A DNA stretch of 64,000 nt from an uncultured Verrucomicrobiae bacterium (GCA_963784865.1 CAWATC010000012.1:15578-79577), one strand, 5' to 3'; positions 44,805 to 56,764 are shown, counted from the first letter of the stretch. Translations and numbers: made by a program. Notes: generated by a model not told the origin, from the letters alone.

Positions 44805-45341
44805 TTGCGAATTAGTGGAATGACGACAACGAAAGAAATGCTCGCTTTCTGGCTCGTGCCGGCGCCGCGGGAGCGCGAATTCTTCGCGTCGCTCATTGAG
44901 GAATTCGCTCGGCGCTTTGATTCGCCAGTGTTCGAGCCGCACCTCACCTTGGTCGGTGGAATCGCTAACCACGACCGGACGTTGCAAGCATTCCGGAAGC
45001 GTTCGGTTAATGCGAGATGCGAACTGGAGATCGAGGGCGTACACTTTTCCGAGCGATATACGAAAACCCTCTTCGTTTGCTTTCATCTTTCCGATGAACT
45101 CCGCGAGCTGAGAAATGCGATCACCCAGGCACTCGACCTGGAGAGCGAGGATGATTTCGATCCGCACCTGAGCTTGCTCTACAAAAAGATGCCGCCGGCG
45201 GAGCAGGAGGAGCTGGCGAGAAGCATCAAGCTTCCGTTCCAGCGGGCGAGCTTCGAAGGATTGAAGCTGATCGCGTATCCTCCAACGATGACGACGCGCG
45301 CGGATGTGGAAGCCTGGCGTGAGATCGACCAGCGCGGTTGA
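44805..45341 (+). CDS. 2H-phosphoesterase superfamily protein (cyclic phosphodiesterase-like)
   Basis: Two HxT/S motifs are present, 'EPHLTLVGG' and 'DPHLSLLYK'. The ORF is intact, with an alternative start at 44820. Confidence 0.6.
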   Translation: MRISGMTTTKEMLAFWLVPAPREREFFASLIEEFARRFDSPVFEPHLTLVGGIANHDRTLQAFRKRSVNARCELEIEGVHFSERYTKTLFVCFHLSDELRELRNAITQALDLESEDDFDPHLSLLYKKMPPAEQEELARSIKLPFQRASFEGLKLIAYPPTMTTRADVEAWREIDQRG

Positions 45342-45374
45342 AGAACGACGCCCTCATCCGAAGATCACGTTAGG

Positions 45375-47179
45375 ATGAGCGACATCGTTGGCATTGATCT
45401 CGGGACGACAAATTCCCTCATCGGGATCATGGAGGCGGGCTTTCCGCTGCTCCTCGCCGATGCCGAGGGCGAGCGATTGACGCCTTCCGTTGTTCACTTC
45501 CCCGACGACGGTGAACCGCTCGTGGGGCGGGCGGCGGCGCGGATGCGCGTGCTCAATCCGGCGAACACCATTTACTCGGTGAAGCGCTTCATCGGATTGC
45601 GCGGCGATGAACTTCGCGAAGGCGACGCGGATGTCGGTTACGAACTGAAGCGCGAAAAAGGACAACCGGTGCGAGTCCGCGCGGCCGGCGGCGATTATTC
45701 CACGGAAGAAATTTCCGCATTCGTGCTGCGGAAACTGAAGGCCGATGCAGAAGCGGCGTTGGGTCGGAGCGTGTCGCGCGCGGTCATCACCGTGCCGGCG
45801 TACTTCAATGACGCGCAACGCAACGCGACCAAACGCGCAGGCGAGCTCGCGGGTTTTCCGGTCGAGCGGATCGTGAATGAACCGACCGCCGCGGCGCTTG
45901 CTTACGGGCTCGATAAGCTTAAGAGCCGCGCGAAGATTGCGGTCTACGATTTCGGCGGCGGGACCTTCGACGTCTCGATTCTCGAGTTGAACAACGGCGT
46001 CTTCGAAGTGCTGGCGACGAATGGGAACACCCGACTCGGCGGAGACGACATTGACGCGAGGCTGATCGTCGGATTTCGCGAAATCGGATTGCGGATGAGA
46101 CTCATGACGCAGCAACGGCGCGGCTGCGCGAGGCGGCTGCTTGACAGCGAAACATCGGCTTTCCGACGTGAGGAAGACGTCACGATCGACCTTCCATTTC
46201 TCGACGGCAGCAACGCAGCTTTTCGCACGACGTCTTACTCGCGCGCGAACTGGAAGAACTCAGCCGGCCAATCATCGAGAAGACGCGCGCCTATTGTCTC
46301 CGCGCCCTCGCGGACGCGAAGCTCTCGCCCGACCGATCTCGACGAGGTCATCCTGGTCGGTGGCGTGACCCGGATGCCGTTGGTGCAACGATCGTCGCGG
46401 AAATTTTCGGACGCGCGCCCAACATCTCGCAAAATCCGGACGAAGCGGTCGCGCTCGGCGCGACGATTCAAGCCGGAATACTTTCCGGCGCGGTGCGGGA
46501 TGTCGTCCTGCTCGATGTCACGCCGCTTTCGTTAGGCATCGAAACTTTCGGCGGGCTGATGAATGTGATCATTCCGCGCAACTCGACCATTCCGATCAAG
46601 GCCGGCGAGATGTTCACGACCGCGGTCCACCAACAGCGATCGATGCGGATCAAAGTGCTGCAGGGCGAACGGGAGATGGCGCGGGACAACTGGCCGCTCG
46701 GGCGAATTCGAACTCGAGTTCGATCCCGCGCCCAAAGGCGTGCGCGCGCGTGGGCGTGCAATTCGAGATCGACGCGAATGGAATTCTGCACGTGCTCGCG
46801 CGCGACACCAAGACCGGTCGGGAGAAAATCGTGGAGATCAACAGCGCGGTGGATGTTTCCGACGAGGCGGTCGAGGCGATGATTTCCGAATCGCTCGACC
46901 ACGCCTTTGACGACATGTCGGAACGCGTCTGGACGGAAGCGAAGTTGAAAGCGGACGAGATGCTCGGCGCGGTGGAAAATGCGTTTCGCATTCTGGGCGC
47001 GGAGCTTGACGGAGAAGAGAAGCGCAAGATCGATGAGCACGTCGCGGAGTTGCGGGCGGCACTGGCGTCGGGCGAAGTGTCAGCGCTTGAAAAAAGCGAA
47101 TGCGACTCTCGATAAAGCAACCGAGCCGCTGGCTGCGCTGCTCGTGGAGAAAGCAATCGTCGAAGCGGACAAGCGCTAA
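45375..47179 (+). pseudogene. Hsp70-family chaperone (HscA/DnaK-like), frame-disrupted (about 5 or more shifts)
   Basis: 'IVGIDLGTTNS', 'ITVPAYFNDAQRNATKRAG', 'VYDFGGGTFDVSILE', 'DVVLLDVTPLSLGIETFGG' and 'GVQFEIDANGILHV' are present across multiple frames. Confidence 0.8.
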
Positions 47180-48957
47180 TGCGGTGAGTCCGCCGCCGTT
47201 GGCGTAGGCGAAGGACTTGGCGGCGATGTCGGGGACGAGGGCTCGAAGGCGGGCTGGGCGATGCCGGCGGCTTTGGCCATCGCTTCCTTCAGCAGCTTCT
47301 TTTCTTCGACATAAAGGGAGCCCTTCTGGGCATCGTCGATGTATTCCTTCGCGGCCTCCGCCTGATTCTCGTCGAGCAGCAAGACCGCCATGTAAACCGC
47401 GGCATGTGGATCGTGCAGTTGCTCCGGCAGGCAATTTTTTCAGGACCTCGATTCCCTCCGACGTGCGACCCGCGCTGTAGAGCGCGAAGGCATAGGTGAC
47501 GGCGCAGTTCGCGTCATCCGGACTAGCGTCGTAGGCCTCCTTCGCCATGCGTTGCGCCTCCTCCGTGTTGGGCGCGAGCAAGAGCGCGAGGCGCGCGTAG
47601 TTCGAAGTGAGCAGGGTCTCGCGCGGTGAGCTTTCGTGCAGTTGTTTTGCGATCTCGAGTAACTTCGGCAGATCATTCGTGGCGCGCGCAATTCGAAAGA
47701 GCGCGTCGAGGGCTTCGCGCCGCATCGGAGCATGCTTTCGAGACGCGTTTCCAAAGAGTTCCGCTTCGCCGGGCAGGTTCCATTTTGTCGCCAGCCGCGC
47801 GAGATTCGTTTCGCGTTCGGGGTGATCGGCCGCCGCGCGTTCCGCCGAATGCCAGAGCGAATCGAACTCCGCATCGGCCGAGGATTGGCGCGACTGCTTC
47901 GCGCCGTAGGCTTGATAGGCCAGGCGCAGATATTCGAAGTCGCCCCACGCGCCGCTGCGCGTCCAGCGTTTCAGGCGCGACCAATTTTTCATTTCCGCGA
48001 ACGCTTCCGCAATCGGGATCGAAGGTGGAGGTACGGTCGTGAATTCCGCGGGCAACTTGTCGCTCCACTTGAGCATCTCCGCGGTCAGGCCATTGCGATT
48101 CATCCAGTCCATGAGCGAGCGCGAGGTCGGCCGGATTGCGCGCCGCCACCGGTTTCACTTTTTCCAGAAGCGCGGCGAATTTTTTCTCGTCGAGCTTCCG
48201 GTAAAAATCCAGACAGAGAAGAAAATCGGCGAAGGTGACCTGCTGACTCATTTGCAGGTCTTGCGCGAAGCGGTCGGCGCGCTCGAGTTCGTCGTGCTGC
48301 ACCGCGTCGGTGAGCAGGGCGCGCAGGGAACCGGTGCGAAACGCCGTGACCTTGGAAAGGCGCTCGAGAGTCTCGCGGGCGGGCGCGCTTTTTTCTGAGT
48401 CCGGCGAGCGGATCTGAAGCACGGCGAGATTGAATTGGTAGAGATCGTTCGCCGGCTCCTGTTTCACCGCGGCGGCGAAATGCTGCTCGACGTCGGCATC
48501 GTTGCCTTGCGCACGCGCCAGCCAGCCGGCGACGACGTGATAGGCCGCCTTGTCGCGATCTCGGCTCCGGAACGTTTTCGAGCGCGCTGCGGGCGGTATC
48601 GAGCTGTCCGAAACGAAGCGCCGCGGAGGCGAGATTTAGTTGGCGTCCAGATTTTCTGGAAGGAGGCGGGCGATCTGTGCGCGCCAGGCGACGGTTTCCG
48701 GACGGTTCTGCTTCTCGGTCGCATCCGCCATGATTTGAAACGCCGCGCAGCGAATCGGGACGAAGCTTGAGGATCTGCTGGGCGGCTCGCGTGGCCTCGT
48801 CGAGTTGCTGTTTTTCCAGAAAGGCGGAAGCGCGCTTGAGCAGGCGCGATTCGCGCCAACTGCTGTAGGCGTGCGGCGCGTAGGTGAGGAAGAGGAAGGC
48901 GAGCGCGAAGCCAGGATCACGGCGCCGCCGTAGATGGCGGTCCGTCCCTGGCAGCAT
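47176..48957 (-). pseudogene. TPR-repeat protein, frame-disrupted (several shifts)
   Basis: Repeated TPR-like helices appear in the fragments 48100-48996, 47673-48467, 46838-48112 and 47176-47391. The boundaries are approximate. Confidence 0.5.
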
Positions 48958-49089
48958 GGGAACTGGCGCGATTCCGCCGTCGTTTGCGTCGAACACGTCT
49001 GACCTGCTTTGCCATTTGCCCGAACTTCTATCCGTGCGGCACGCGGAGTTGCAACTCCGCGCAGGAGTCGGACCGGGTCGAGCCGTTCG

Positions 49090-50472
49090 CTACGCGATCG
49101 CTTCGTCTTTCGCGGCCTGGACGACCGGCACTTCCTCGATTTGCTCTCCACCCTCTCGCGCAGACGGCGGCCCCAAACATAGCGCGCGAGCAGGACCTTG
49201 AGCGTCGCGGTGAGAGGGACGGCCAGAATCGGACCGAGCAGTCCGCCGATGAGCAAACCCCAGACGAAAATCGAAACGATGACCGTCATCGGATGCAGGC
49301 CGACGGAATTTCCGACGATGCGTGGGGCAATGAAAATCGCTTCGAGATTTTGCATGACCGAAGAAAACCAGGGTGACGATAAGCGGATGCGTCCAGTCGC
49401 CCCATTGCGCGGCGGCGATGAGGACAGCCGGGACCCAGCAGAGGACGATTCCGAGATAGGGGATCATCGTCAGGATGACAACGAGCAGCCCGATGAGCGG
49501 CGCGAAGTTCAGGCCGAGAAGCAGGAGGGCGGTGCCGATGAGCATGCCGTCGATCAGGCAAACGAGAAGCTGGCCGCGAAAGTAGGCGATGACGTAGCTG
49601 TTGATCTGCGAGAGAACGGCGGCGACTTCATCTTTGAGCGGCGAATTCCGGAAGGGAAGATATTCCCGCCAGCGCCGCTCGATCGCCGGACGTTCCTTCA
49701 GCAGGAAAAAGAAATAGATCGGCACCATGACCAGGCTGAGGAGAAATCCGGTGACACCGAGAAATCCGCCGATGCTTCTCTTGAGCAGGTTCCAAAACTT
49801 GTCGGTGAGATAGGGCAGCTGACTTTGCAGGTTCGGCAATTGCTTCTGGACCCATTCCTGAATGCGCTGTCGATCGGCGGAAGTGAGCTTCGCCGGCGCA
49901 GCCGAGATCTCTTCCTTCGGGCGGCGGTGGGCTTGGCCGCGGGCGCGGGCGATTTCGGGGAAACGGCGTTCGCCGGCGAGCGGAGCAGGCGAGGCGAGAA
50001 GCCAATTCACGAGGCTATGCGCCGCCGAGGACGATTTTCCTTTTCCGGCTGCGGGCAAACCGAAGGTGTGATCGTAGCGGTAGATCAGGTCCACGACCTG
50101 GTCGCGCGCTCTGCTGGTGTAACCGGGAAGCTCGCGCGCGAAGTTCGCGCTTTGCAGCGAGATCGATCGGCACGAGCCAGGCGAAAAGCGCCGCGATGGC
50201 GAGAAAGGCGACGGAAAAGAGCAGCGCGATCGCTTTCGTCCGGGCGAAACCGGCGCTCGCTCAGATGCGTCACCAGCGGGTCGAGGAGATAGGCCAGGAT
50301 GACAGCGATCGCGACCGGGATCAGGATCGGTTGAAGGAACCGATCAGTTGGCTGCGATCCAGACGACCGAGCCAATGATGCGACAGAGCACGACCACGAA
50401 AAACGCCGTGAGCGCAGCCCACATCGTCTTGCGCTGCCAGGCGTGGGATATTTTTTCATGCGAAACAGCCAT
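49090..50472 (-). pseudogene. AI-2E family (PerM/UPF0118) transporter, frame-disrupted (at least 3 shifts)
   Basis: The protein is multi-pass membrane and carries 'IFIAPRIVGNSVGLHPMTVIVSIFVWGLLIGGLLGPILAVPLTA', typical of the family's C-terminal region. Confidence 0.7.
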
Positions 50473-50513
50473 TTGTTAGGCAGCAAGGCCCGCAGGCACC
50501 CTGCCTTTTCGGT

Positions 50514-52365
50514 TTACTTGAGCGGCGCGGCCTTCGGCGAATCGCCTTTGCTCATCTTCGTCTTGGTCTTCTCGATCTTGTCTGCCAGTACCTTGTTTCC
50601 GGATCGAGAGCGATCGCTTTCTGCCAGTAATCGAGCGCCTGCGGAATGCGGTTCAGCTTCGAATAGGTGTCGCCGATGTGCTCGAAGACAATGGGATCAT
50701 CGCGCGTCAGAGTTTGGACGGCGCGCAGCAATTCATTCAGGGCCTCTTCGAATTTGCCTTGCGATAATTTGACCCAGCCGAGGCTGTCGAGATAGGCGCC
50801 GTTGTTCGGATCGATCTGGAGGGCGCGCTCGATCATCTCCTCGGCTTCATCGAGGTGAAGGTTGTGCTCCGCCCACATGAAGCCGAGGTAGTTGTAGGCT
50901 TCGGCGGCGTTCGCCGGATCGAGCGCGATCGACCGCCGGAAAAGATCGGCCGCCTTGTCCTAAAGCCCGGCCTGATCGGCGGCGGCACCGTAATCGAAAT
51001 AGAATCGGGCATTAATGCATCGCTGTCGTTTTCGCTTCCGCTTCATGCAGCGCTTCTTCGAAGGTGATCACGGCCTGCTGCGGATGTTTCGCCTCGCGGA
51101 AGCGCGATGCCCAGGATAGTAGGTGAACTCCGGAGCACTGCGGAAAACGCAGGCGCGCTTCGGTGAGCATCGTTTCCGCGCGTTCGCTTTCCGGAGCGGC
51201 CCGATGAGCAATTCCGCCAGGCGCAGGTAGGTCTTCCCGCGATTGGATTGATCAGCAGGCTTTGCTCGTAATTCGCCGCGGCTTTCGCGAACTCCGCCTT
51301 GGCGGGTTCGAGTTGGTTTGCGCGCGCAGCGCCCGGCCCTCGTCATCCAGTAGCTGCGCGAGCAAATCGTAGGGCTGATACTTTTCCGGATGTCTGTTTG
51401 ATGATTTCCTGCAACATCTCGATCGCCTGCTCTCGCTGATTCGTCAGCACGAATCCCGAGGCGAGCTTTTCGCGCGCGTTTGAATCGTCCGGCTGTAACT
51501 CCAGAACCCTGAGGTAGAGCGGAATCGCTTCCTGAATTTGCTGAGAAGCCGCGAAATAATCCGCCACCTCCTTCAGCACGCCGGCATCGTCCCTGGCATT
51601 CTCGGCGGCGCTTTCTGAAGAATCGCATTGACGCGCCGGAGATCTTCCGGCTTCGGCTCCACCTCGGCTTTGAACACAATGGAGGCGTAGAGCTTGCCCA
51701 GCCTTAGTCCAGAAGGCCGGATCGTCGCTCTTGCTCTGCGCCGCGCGTTCCAGGGCGACTGACCGCCTTCTTCGGATCACCGCGCGGTCATTTCGATTTC
51801 GTAGAGGCGCTGATAGGCGTCGATATTTTCCGGATCGAGCGCAATGGCCTGATTCGCGTATTTCAACGCCTGTTCTGTCTTCTTGAGATACTTCGCGTAG
51901 ATGAAGGAAAGCTGCAGATACGGGCCGGTTCCTTCGGCTTCGCCTTGATCGCGTCCTTCAGGACATCGATCGCGCGCGGAAAATCTTCCTGTCGGCTCAG
52001 TAACGCGGCCACGCGCAACGCGAGATCGGTCTGGCCCGGATCGACGTGAGGACTTTTTGATAGACCGCGAGCGCGTTGTCGATCTCGGCGTTTTCTTCCA
52101 AACGAGAGCCCTCGACAAAATCGACCAGGGCATTGGCTTTGCGCGCGCTGGCGTTGGAGAGTGAGATCTTTCGCGGGGGCGCGCGAGTGGAATCATCCAG
52201 CGCGGCGCCGCGTTTCACCGGGAGCGCCTGGGCCGGCTTGGCGGCTGGAGGCGTGGCCGCAGTGCGATGGATGCACGCTCACGGCGAGCCGTCGCGAAAA
52301 CGCAGACCGCCGAGAAAGAGAGCACGCTGCACGGAGAGCACGGGCCATTGCCTCGGAAGCGTCAT
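50514..52365 (-). pseudogene. TPR-repeat protein, frame-disrupted (many shifts); the 5' boundary is approximate
   Basis: TPR consensus stretches are present, e.g. 'AYLDSLGWVKLSQGKFEEALNELLRAV', 'ALKYANQAIALDPENIDAYQRLYEI' and 'EAIPLYLRVLELQPDDSNAREKLA'. Confidence 0.5.
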
Positions 52366-52469
52366 GCCAACCAGTCTAACGGGAAGCTTGAGATCTGGCA
52401 ATGCGCCCACACTGCCCGAAGGAGCAAATTCGAGGCGCGGCCCGAGGAACTCTGAAACGCAGGGAGCGG

Positions 52470-52574
52470 TTACGACTTGTAGCGCAAACGCTTCTTGTGG
52501 CGATTCTCCTTCATGCGCTTGCGACGCTTGTGCTTGGAGATCTTCGCTTTTCGTCGTTTCTTCAGGGAGCCCAT
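52470..52574 (-). CDS. 34-aa highly basic protein resembling ribosomal protein bS22 (AURKAIP1/COX24-like)
   Basis: The sequence is 'MGSLKKRRKAKISKHKRRKRMKENRHKKRLRYKS*'. It starts with ATG and lies 88 nt downstream of bcp on the same strand. It is below the ORF-track size cutoff as an independent gene. Confidence 0.6.
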   Translation of the reverse strand: MGSLKKRRKAKISKHKRRKRMKENRHKKRLRYKS

Positions 52575-52662
52575 AGAGGTTTGATCAGATGCCGGTTTCC
52601 CGGAGCGCAACGCAAGCATCGGATGGCCGGCACCGCAACAGACTTCTTCGCTTCGCCGGCAA

Positions 52663-53143
52663 CTATTCCGGGAGCGCTTCCTCAAGAGATCGACGTGTTC
52701 GTCCGGCTTGACCTTGCGAAAAATCGCGGAAATCCGCCCTTCGCCGATCGATGACGAAGGTGCTCCGTTCAGCGCCCATGTATTTCTTTCCGTACATGCT
52801 CTTTTCCACCCAGACGCCGTAGGCTTCACGATCTGGCGATCGACATCGGAGAGCAGCGGAAAGGGCAGGCTGATATTTGTTGATGAACTTCTCGTGGCTC
52901 GCCGCCGAATCGACACTGACGCCGAAAGATTTCGCCGCGCGCCGTCGAGTTCGCTCCAGGCATCGCGCAGACCGCATGCCTGAACGGTGCATCCCGGCGT
53001 ATCGTCTTTCGGATAGAAATAGAGGACGACGTTTCGGCCGCGCAGATCTTTCAGGGAAACATCCTTTCCGGCTCCGTACTTTCCGCCCACCGCGCGGGCT
53101 GAAAATCCGGAGCCGGATCACCGACTTTGAGTTCAACAGCCAT
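52663..53143 (-). pseudogene. bcp: Peroxiredoxin (BCP-type thiol peroxidase), frame-disrupted (several shifts)
   Basis: 'MAVELKVGDPAPDF', 'LKDLRGRNVVLYFYPKDDTPGCTVQAC', 'FGVSVDSAASHEKF' and 'YGVWVEKSMYGKKYMGAERSTFVI' lie in alternating frames. Confidence 0.75.
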
Positions 53144-53152
53144 GACGCACCA

Positions 53153-53864
53153 TCATTTCTCGAAGAGGATAATCAACAGGCCAACCGCGCAAAGGAGCGC
53201 GCCGATCAGGCCGCTCTCGTATTTCTCCAGGAGCGCTGAGCTTGATCTTTTGCACGCCCGTGAGCGTGAGCCAGGTGAACAACACCATCCCGGCGACCGT
53301 GCCAATCGACAGAATGGCGGTGAGCAAGGCAAATCCGGGCCACCCGTATTGCACCCCGGAAGCGTAGATCGGCAGGAATGCCTCGCAGGGCGAAAACGTC
53401 AGCAGCGCGAGCAGACTCGTGATCGCGATTCGATCCGACGCGACCGCGCGGGCGCGCGGAGATCGGTTGCGCCGGGTGATCGTGTTCGTGTTCCAATTCT
53501 CCCACATGCGTGTGCGGGTGACCGCAGAAGAGGTGGTGATGCGCGTGGCCCTTTCCGGTTAGTTGCCGGTACAGATAGAAGACGCCCGAGGAGCAGCAGA
53601 GACGGCGCCCGCGATCAGCGGAAACAGGCTGCCGATCTTTTCGTTCAAGGCGATCCCGAACCAGGCAATGAGCAGACCGAGCACGGCCGTGACGAGGACG
53701 TGCCCGGTGCCGGCGAGGGCGGTGATCGCCAGCGTCTTCGGGTGATTCCAATGCTGCGCGCGCGAGGCGAGAACGAACGGCAGCCAATGCGTCGGGATGG
53801 CAGCGTGGAAAAAGGCAACGCCGAATCCGGTGATGGCGATGGTGGTCAGGACGGTGTCGTTCAT
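53153..53864 (-). pseudogene. Integral membrane protein with a His-rich loop, putative divalent-metal (Ni/Co-type) transporter, frame-disrupted
   Basis: There are TM helices ('TTIAITGFGVAFFHAAIPTHWLPFVL'), a central loop 'GKGHAHHHLFCGHPHTHVGELEHEHDHP' and further TM helices. The family assignment is tentative. Confidence 0.45.
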
Positions 53865-53942
53865 CTACTCGTGCTCCTGCTCGTAATCGTAATCATGATC
53901 GAGCACGAGCACGATCGCGAGCATGAGCACGATTGAGAGGCG

Positions 53943-54016
53943 TCGGGCTGCAGGGATTTGAACCCTGGACCTCCTGCACCCGAGGCAGGCGCTCTACCAA
54001 GCTGAGCCACAGCCCG
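53943..54016 (-). tRNA. tRNA-Pro (anticodon CGG)
   Basis: A 74-nt cloverleaf folded by hand: acceptor CGGGCTG/CAGCCCG, D arm GCTC-AGCTTGGTA-GAGC, anticodon arm CCTGC-CTCGGGT-GCAGG, and T arm CAGGG-TTCAAAT-CCCTG. CCA is not encoded. Confidence 0.95.
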
Positions 54017-54230
54017 AACTAGTCGTCGCGTCGAGATCAGACGCGGCGCGCGCATCTATTTCGCGTATTCCGGTCGCAGTGGCAAGGTCGAACAAGCAAG
54101 AGCGGTATGATGTGAAAATTGGCGGCTCTGAGCGGAACGGCGCGCGTTTCAAATGAATCCAGCCAATGTGGACGCCGCCCGCGCCGTGGCCCAGGTCGCA
54201 GACCGCGCCGGAGATCCAACGGCTCTTATT

Positions 54231-54797
54231 CTAGAGATTCTGCCAGGTATACTGGCTGCGGAGAAATGCCTGGTGGAGCTCTTTGAAATCGGCCTCATGG
54301 CAGGTCAGTTGAGAACGGATCTGCTCGTTCCCGCGATTCAGGAAAAGAATCGAGCGGCCATATTTTTGGCCGTAAAACGTGTAGCTCAGCGTAATCAAGA
54401 ACGTTTCCTTGCGCTCGATCAGCAACGGATTCTTTTCCTGTGAGACGACACTGATATTTTCGCTGCCTTTGGGCACCAGTGCGACCGCTTCACTCACCAG
54501 CTTCTTCAAACTCTCCTCGTCAAAGTTTCCCGGCTGCGAAAGCGGAACTCTTGTGATGGTGGCCTCGGCCTGTGCTTTGTTCGGCGGGCGGAGCGTCAAC
54601 TGAGTGGAGTTGCCGGAATAGTCCCAGCCGCGCGGGGACTGGTAGGTCACTGTCTTACCGCCGTCGGAAAACTCGAGATGCTTCAGTGTTGCGCCATCCG
54701 CTTTGTATTCCGCAACCTTCGGCGTAAGCAGCAGCTCGGCGTGCGCGGCGGCGATGAAGAACGCGCCGCATAAGATTAGCGTTAGAGAACGGACCAT
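54231..54797 (-). CDS. Secreted hypothetical protein (last gene of the pseudopilin operon)
   Basis: Intact 188-aa ORF with the signal peptide 'MVRSLTLILCGAFFIAAAHA'. It lies 25 nt downstream of the PilX-like gene. Confidence 0.6.
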   Translation of the reverse strand: MVRSLTLILCGAFFIAAAHAELLLTPKVAEYKADGATLKHLEFSDGGKTVTYQSPRGWDYSGNSTQLTLRPPNKAQAEATITRVPLSQPGNFDEESLKKLVSEAVALVPKGSENISVVSQEKNPLLIERKETFLITLSYTFYGQKYGRSILFLNRGNEQIRSQLTCHEADFKELHQAFLRSQYTWQNL

Positions 54798-54822
54798 TTT
54801 CCTTTGATGTAGCTGTAGAGCA

Positions 54823-56764
54823 TCAGCGAGCCTGGGGGCGGTGTCGTCTTGAAATTGTTGTCAAAATACCATTGCCGGTTCGGCGCACCGTAAACGTTGC
54901 CGCCATACGACCATTCACCGATCGACTTGCTGGCTCTTGTAAAGTTCCACCATCGACCCGTAGTAGGTGAAGTGACTTGTTATCCCAGTCTTCCAGAAAA
55001 CGCGGGAAGTTCTCGGCGCCGCCGCTGTAAGAGCACCGTCGCCGCCGTTGACTGGCAGGCCTCCGACGGAACGATACCAGCGATGATCGCCGTGTTGACG
55101 GTCGTGTTAGTGGCAGCGCCGCTAGAGGATCGCCGCTGCTGATGCCGTTGCTGTCGTCCCAGCTGTTGGAAAGGATCGTCACCGCATCGGCCAGGACCGA
55201 ACAGGGGGCGCCGGGTGTAGACCGCGACACTTGCGGCTGCGTCGGATCGCTGGTGGCGTTGTTGGACGGTGGATTGGGACTGCCGGCACAGTCCCGGCCG
55301 GTATTGTAATCGCCCTGGATGTACACGGGATTGGGGCTCACGACAGTCAATCCCGTCGGATGGAATCTTGCTGCCATTCTTCAACCGAACTCCTCGCCTC
55401 ACGGGACTAGTTGGATTTGGATTTACCGATCCATCGGCATTGAGACGTGGGTGGTCGCACTGTTATCATAAATGTAAACGATGCCGTCGAAACTGACTCG
55501 CTTTGAAAGTGGGACTGAGTCCGCTGGTATTATTCTCAGAATCTTGCTAACGTCGAGCGTGACAAGGCGGACGTTGTCGCGCCTTCGCGGTCGTCCTGGA
55601 TCGATTGCGATTCGGTGGTAATCGCGCAGAAGTATTGAACATGTTGTAAAGAGCTGTATCGTTGCTGCAGTCGGCGCTCGAACTCAGTGCAATCATGCGA
55701 TCGTTCCGTTTGCAATGGGCTTCCCGATCGTAACGTTGTTACTGGCATCGACTTGGATAACTGACGTCAGCCTGATCCCAGTAACGCTGGCTCGCCAGTG
55801 GATCGGGTGATCGGCCGTCGGCGGCTCGATCAGTTCGCGATAGCTGTCGTTATTCGGATTCGCGTCAGTCAGTATTGAAGAGCGCGGTCGCGTCCAGACC
55901 GAATGGTTGCAGCGCTTGATCACGCGCCGGGGGCAAATTGCCTGGGTAGTTTGGAGCGGCTGGATCGTCATTGTCGTGAGTCCCATCCAGGGGATGGAAA
56001 CCAACGAACCAGTCCGAACCGTAGGTCACCTTGTCGGCGAAGGTAAGGGAGTCATGGCCGGTGTAGAGGTCGGAATTTGTGTGCACCCAGCCGGTCACGG
56101 TGAAGTCTGGTCCCGGATGAATTTCCAGTGGATCGACATAGAAGATGGCAAAGTTCCAGGGCGACATTTGCTGTTTTTGAAATACGCGCCGGACTTTCGC
56201 GACGACCTTGCCGGTCGGTCCCAACGCCGGCAGCGTCACATCGGCCGAAGCAATATAATTGTAGACCAAAGTCGTTGTGGGAGAGGGCGCTGGTGTAGGC
56301 AGGGCGACTGGTCCGAGCATCGGCATGGGCGGTGTGGTGGCCGAGGCCAGCGCGGTCCATTCTGGGGTGACCGCCACTACTTTGTAATTGGAAATGGTGT
56401 AATCGGGATCATACTCCGACTCGTCATTGTCCGGATCGATGCTCGTTCCCCGTTTTACGAAATTCGTGACACTTGGGAGATTCAATTGCCCGGGAGAGGG
56501 AGTGGGCACCGCTGCAAACGCACTGGTCGTCTGTAACGTCGTCGGAGCTGCGCTGCAGATCGCTCTCCAATTGGCAAAGAGAATTTCGATGCAGGCGTCG
56601 CCTACAGCAACCGCGCTCTGCAGTGTGTTGCTGCGCTGCACATGCCGGTTGATCGTCCAGGTATATTCGGCGGCTACGCCGACTACGACCATCAGCGTCG
56701 CCAAAACCGAGATGACTACGACCAGCGAACTGCCGGATTGTTTGCGAGGATGGATTGTTTTCAT
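54823..56764 (-). pseudogene. Large PilX/GspK-like pseudopilin-associated protein, frame-disrupted (at least 4 shifts)
   Basis: The N-terminal anchor is 'RKQSGSSLVVVISVLATLMVVVGVAA'. Later segments 'GIVYIYDNSA', 'GLTVVSPNPVYIQGDYNTG' and 'AENFPRFLEDW' lie in other frames. Its start forms an ATGA overlap with the upstream gene. Confidence 0.5.

Noticed and set aside
49198-50292. 364-aa plus-strand ORF
   Set aside because: It is antisense to the AI-2E transporter fragments. Its composition is Arg/Glu/Asp-rich with no hydrophobic core.
53943-54230. tRNA-Pro as an integration hotspot for a genomic island
   Set aside because: There is no integrase and no direct repeat of the tRNA 3' end nearby. 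The flanking genes (a metal transporter and the pseudopilin operon) do not look like cargo.
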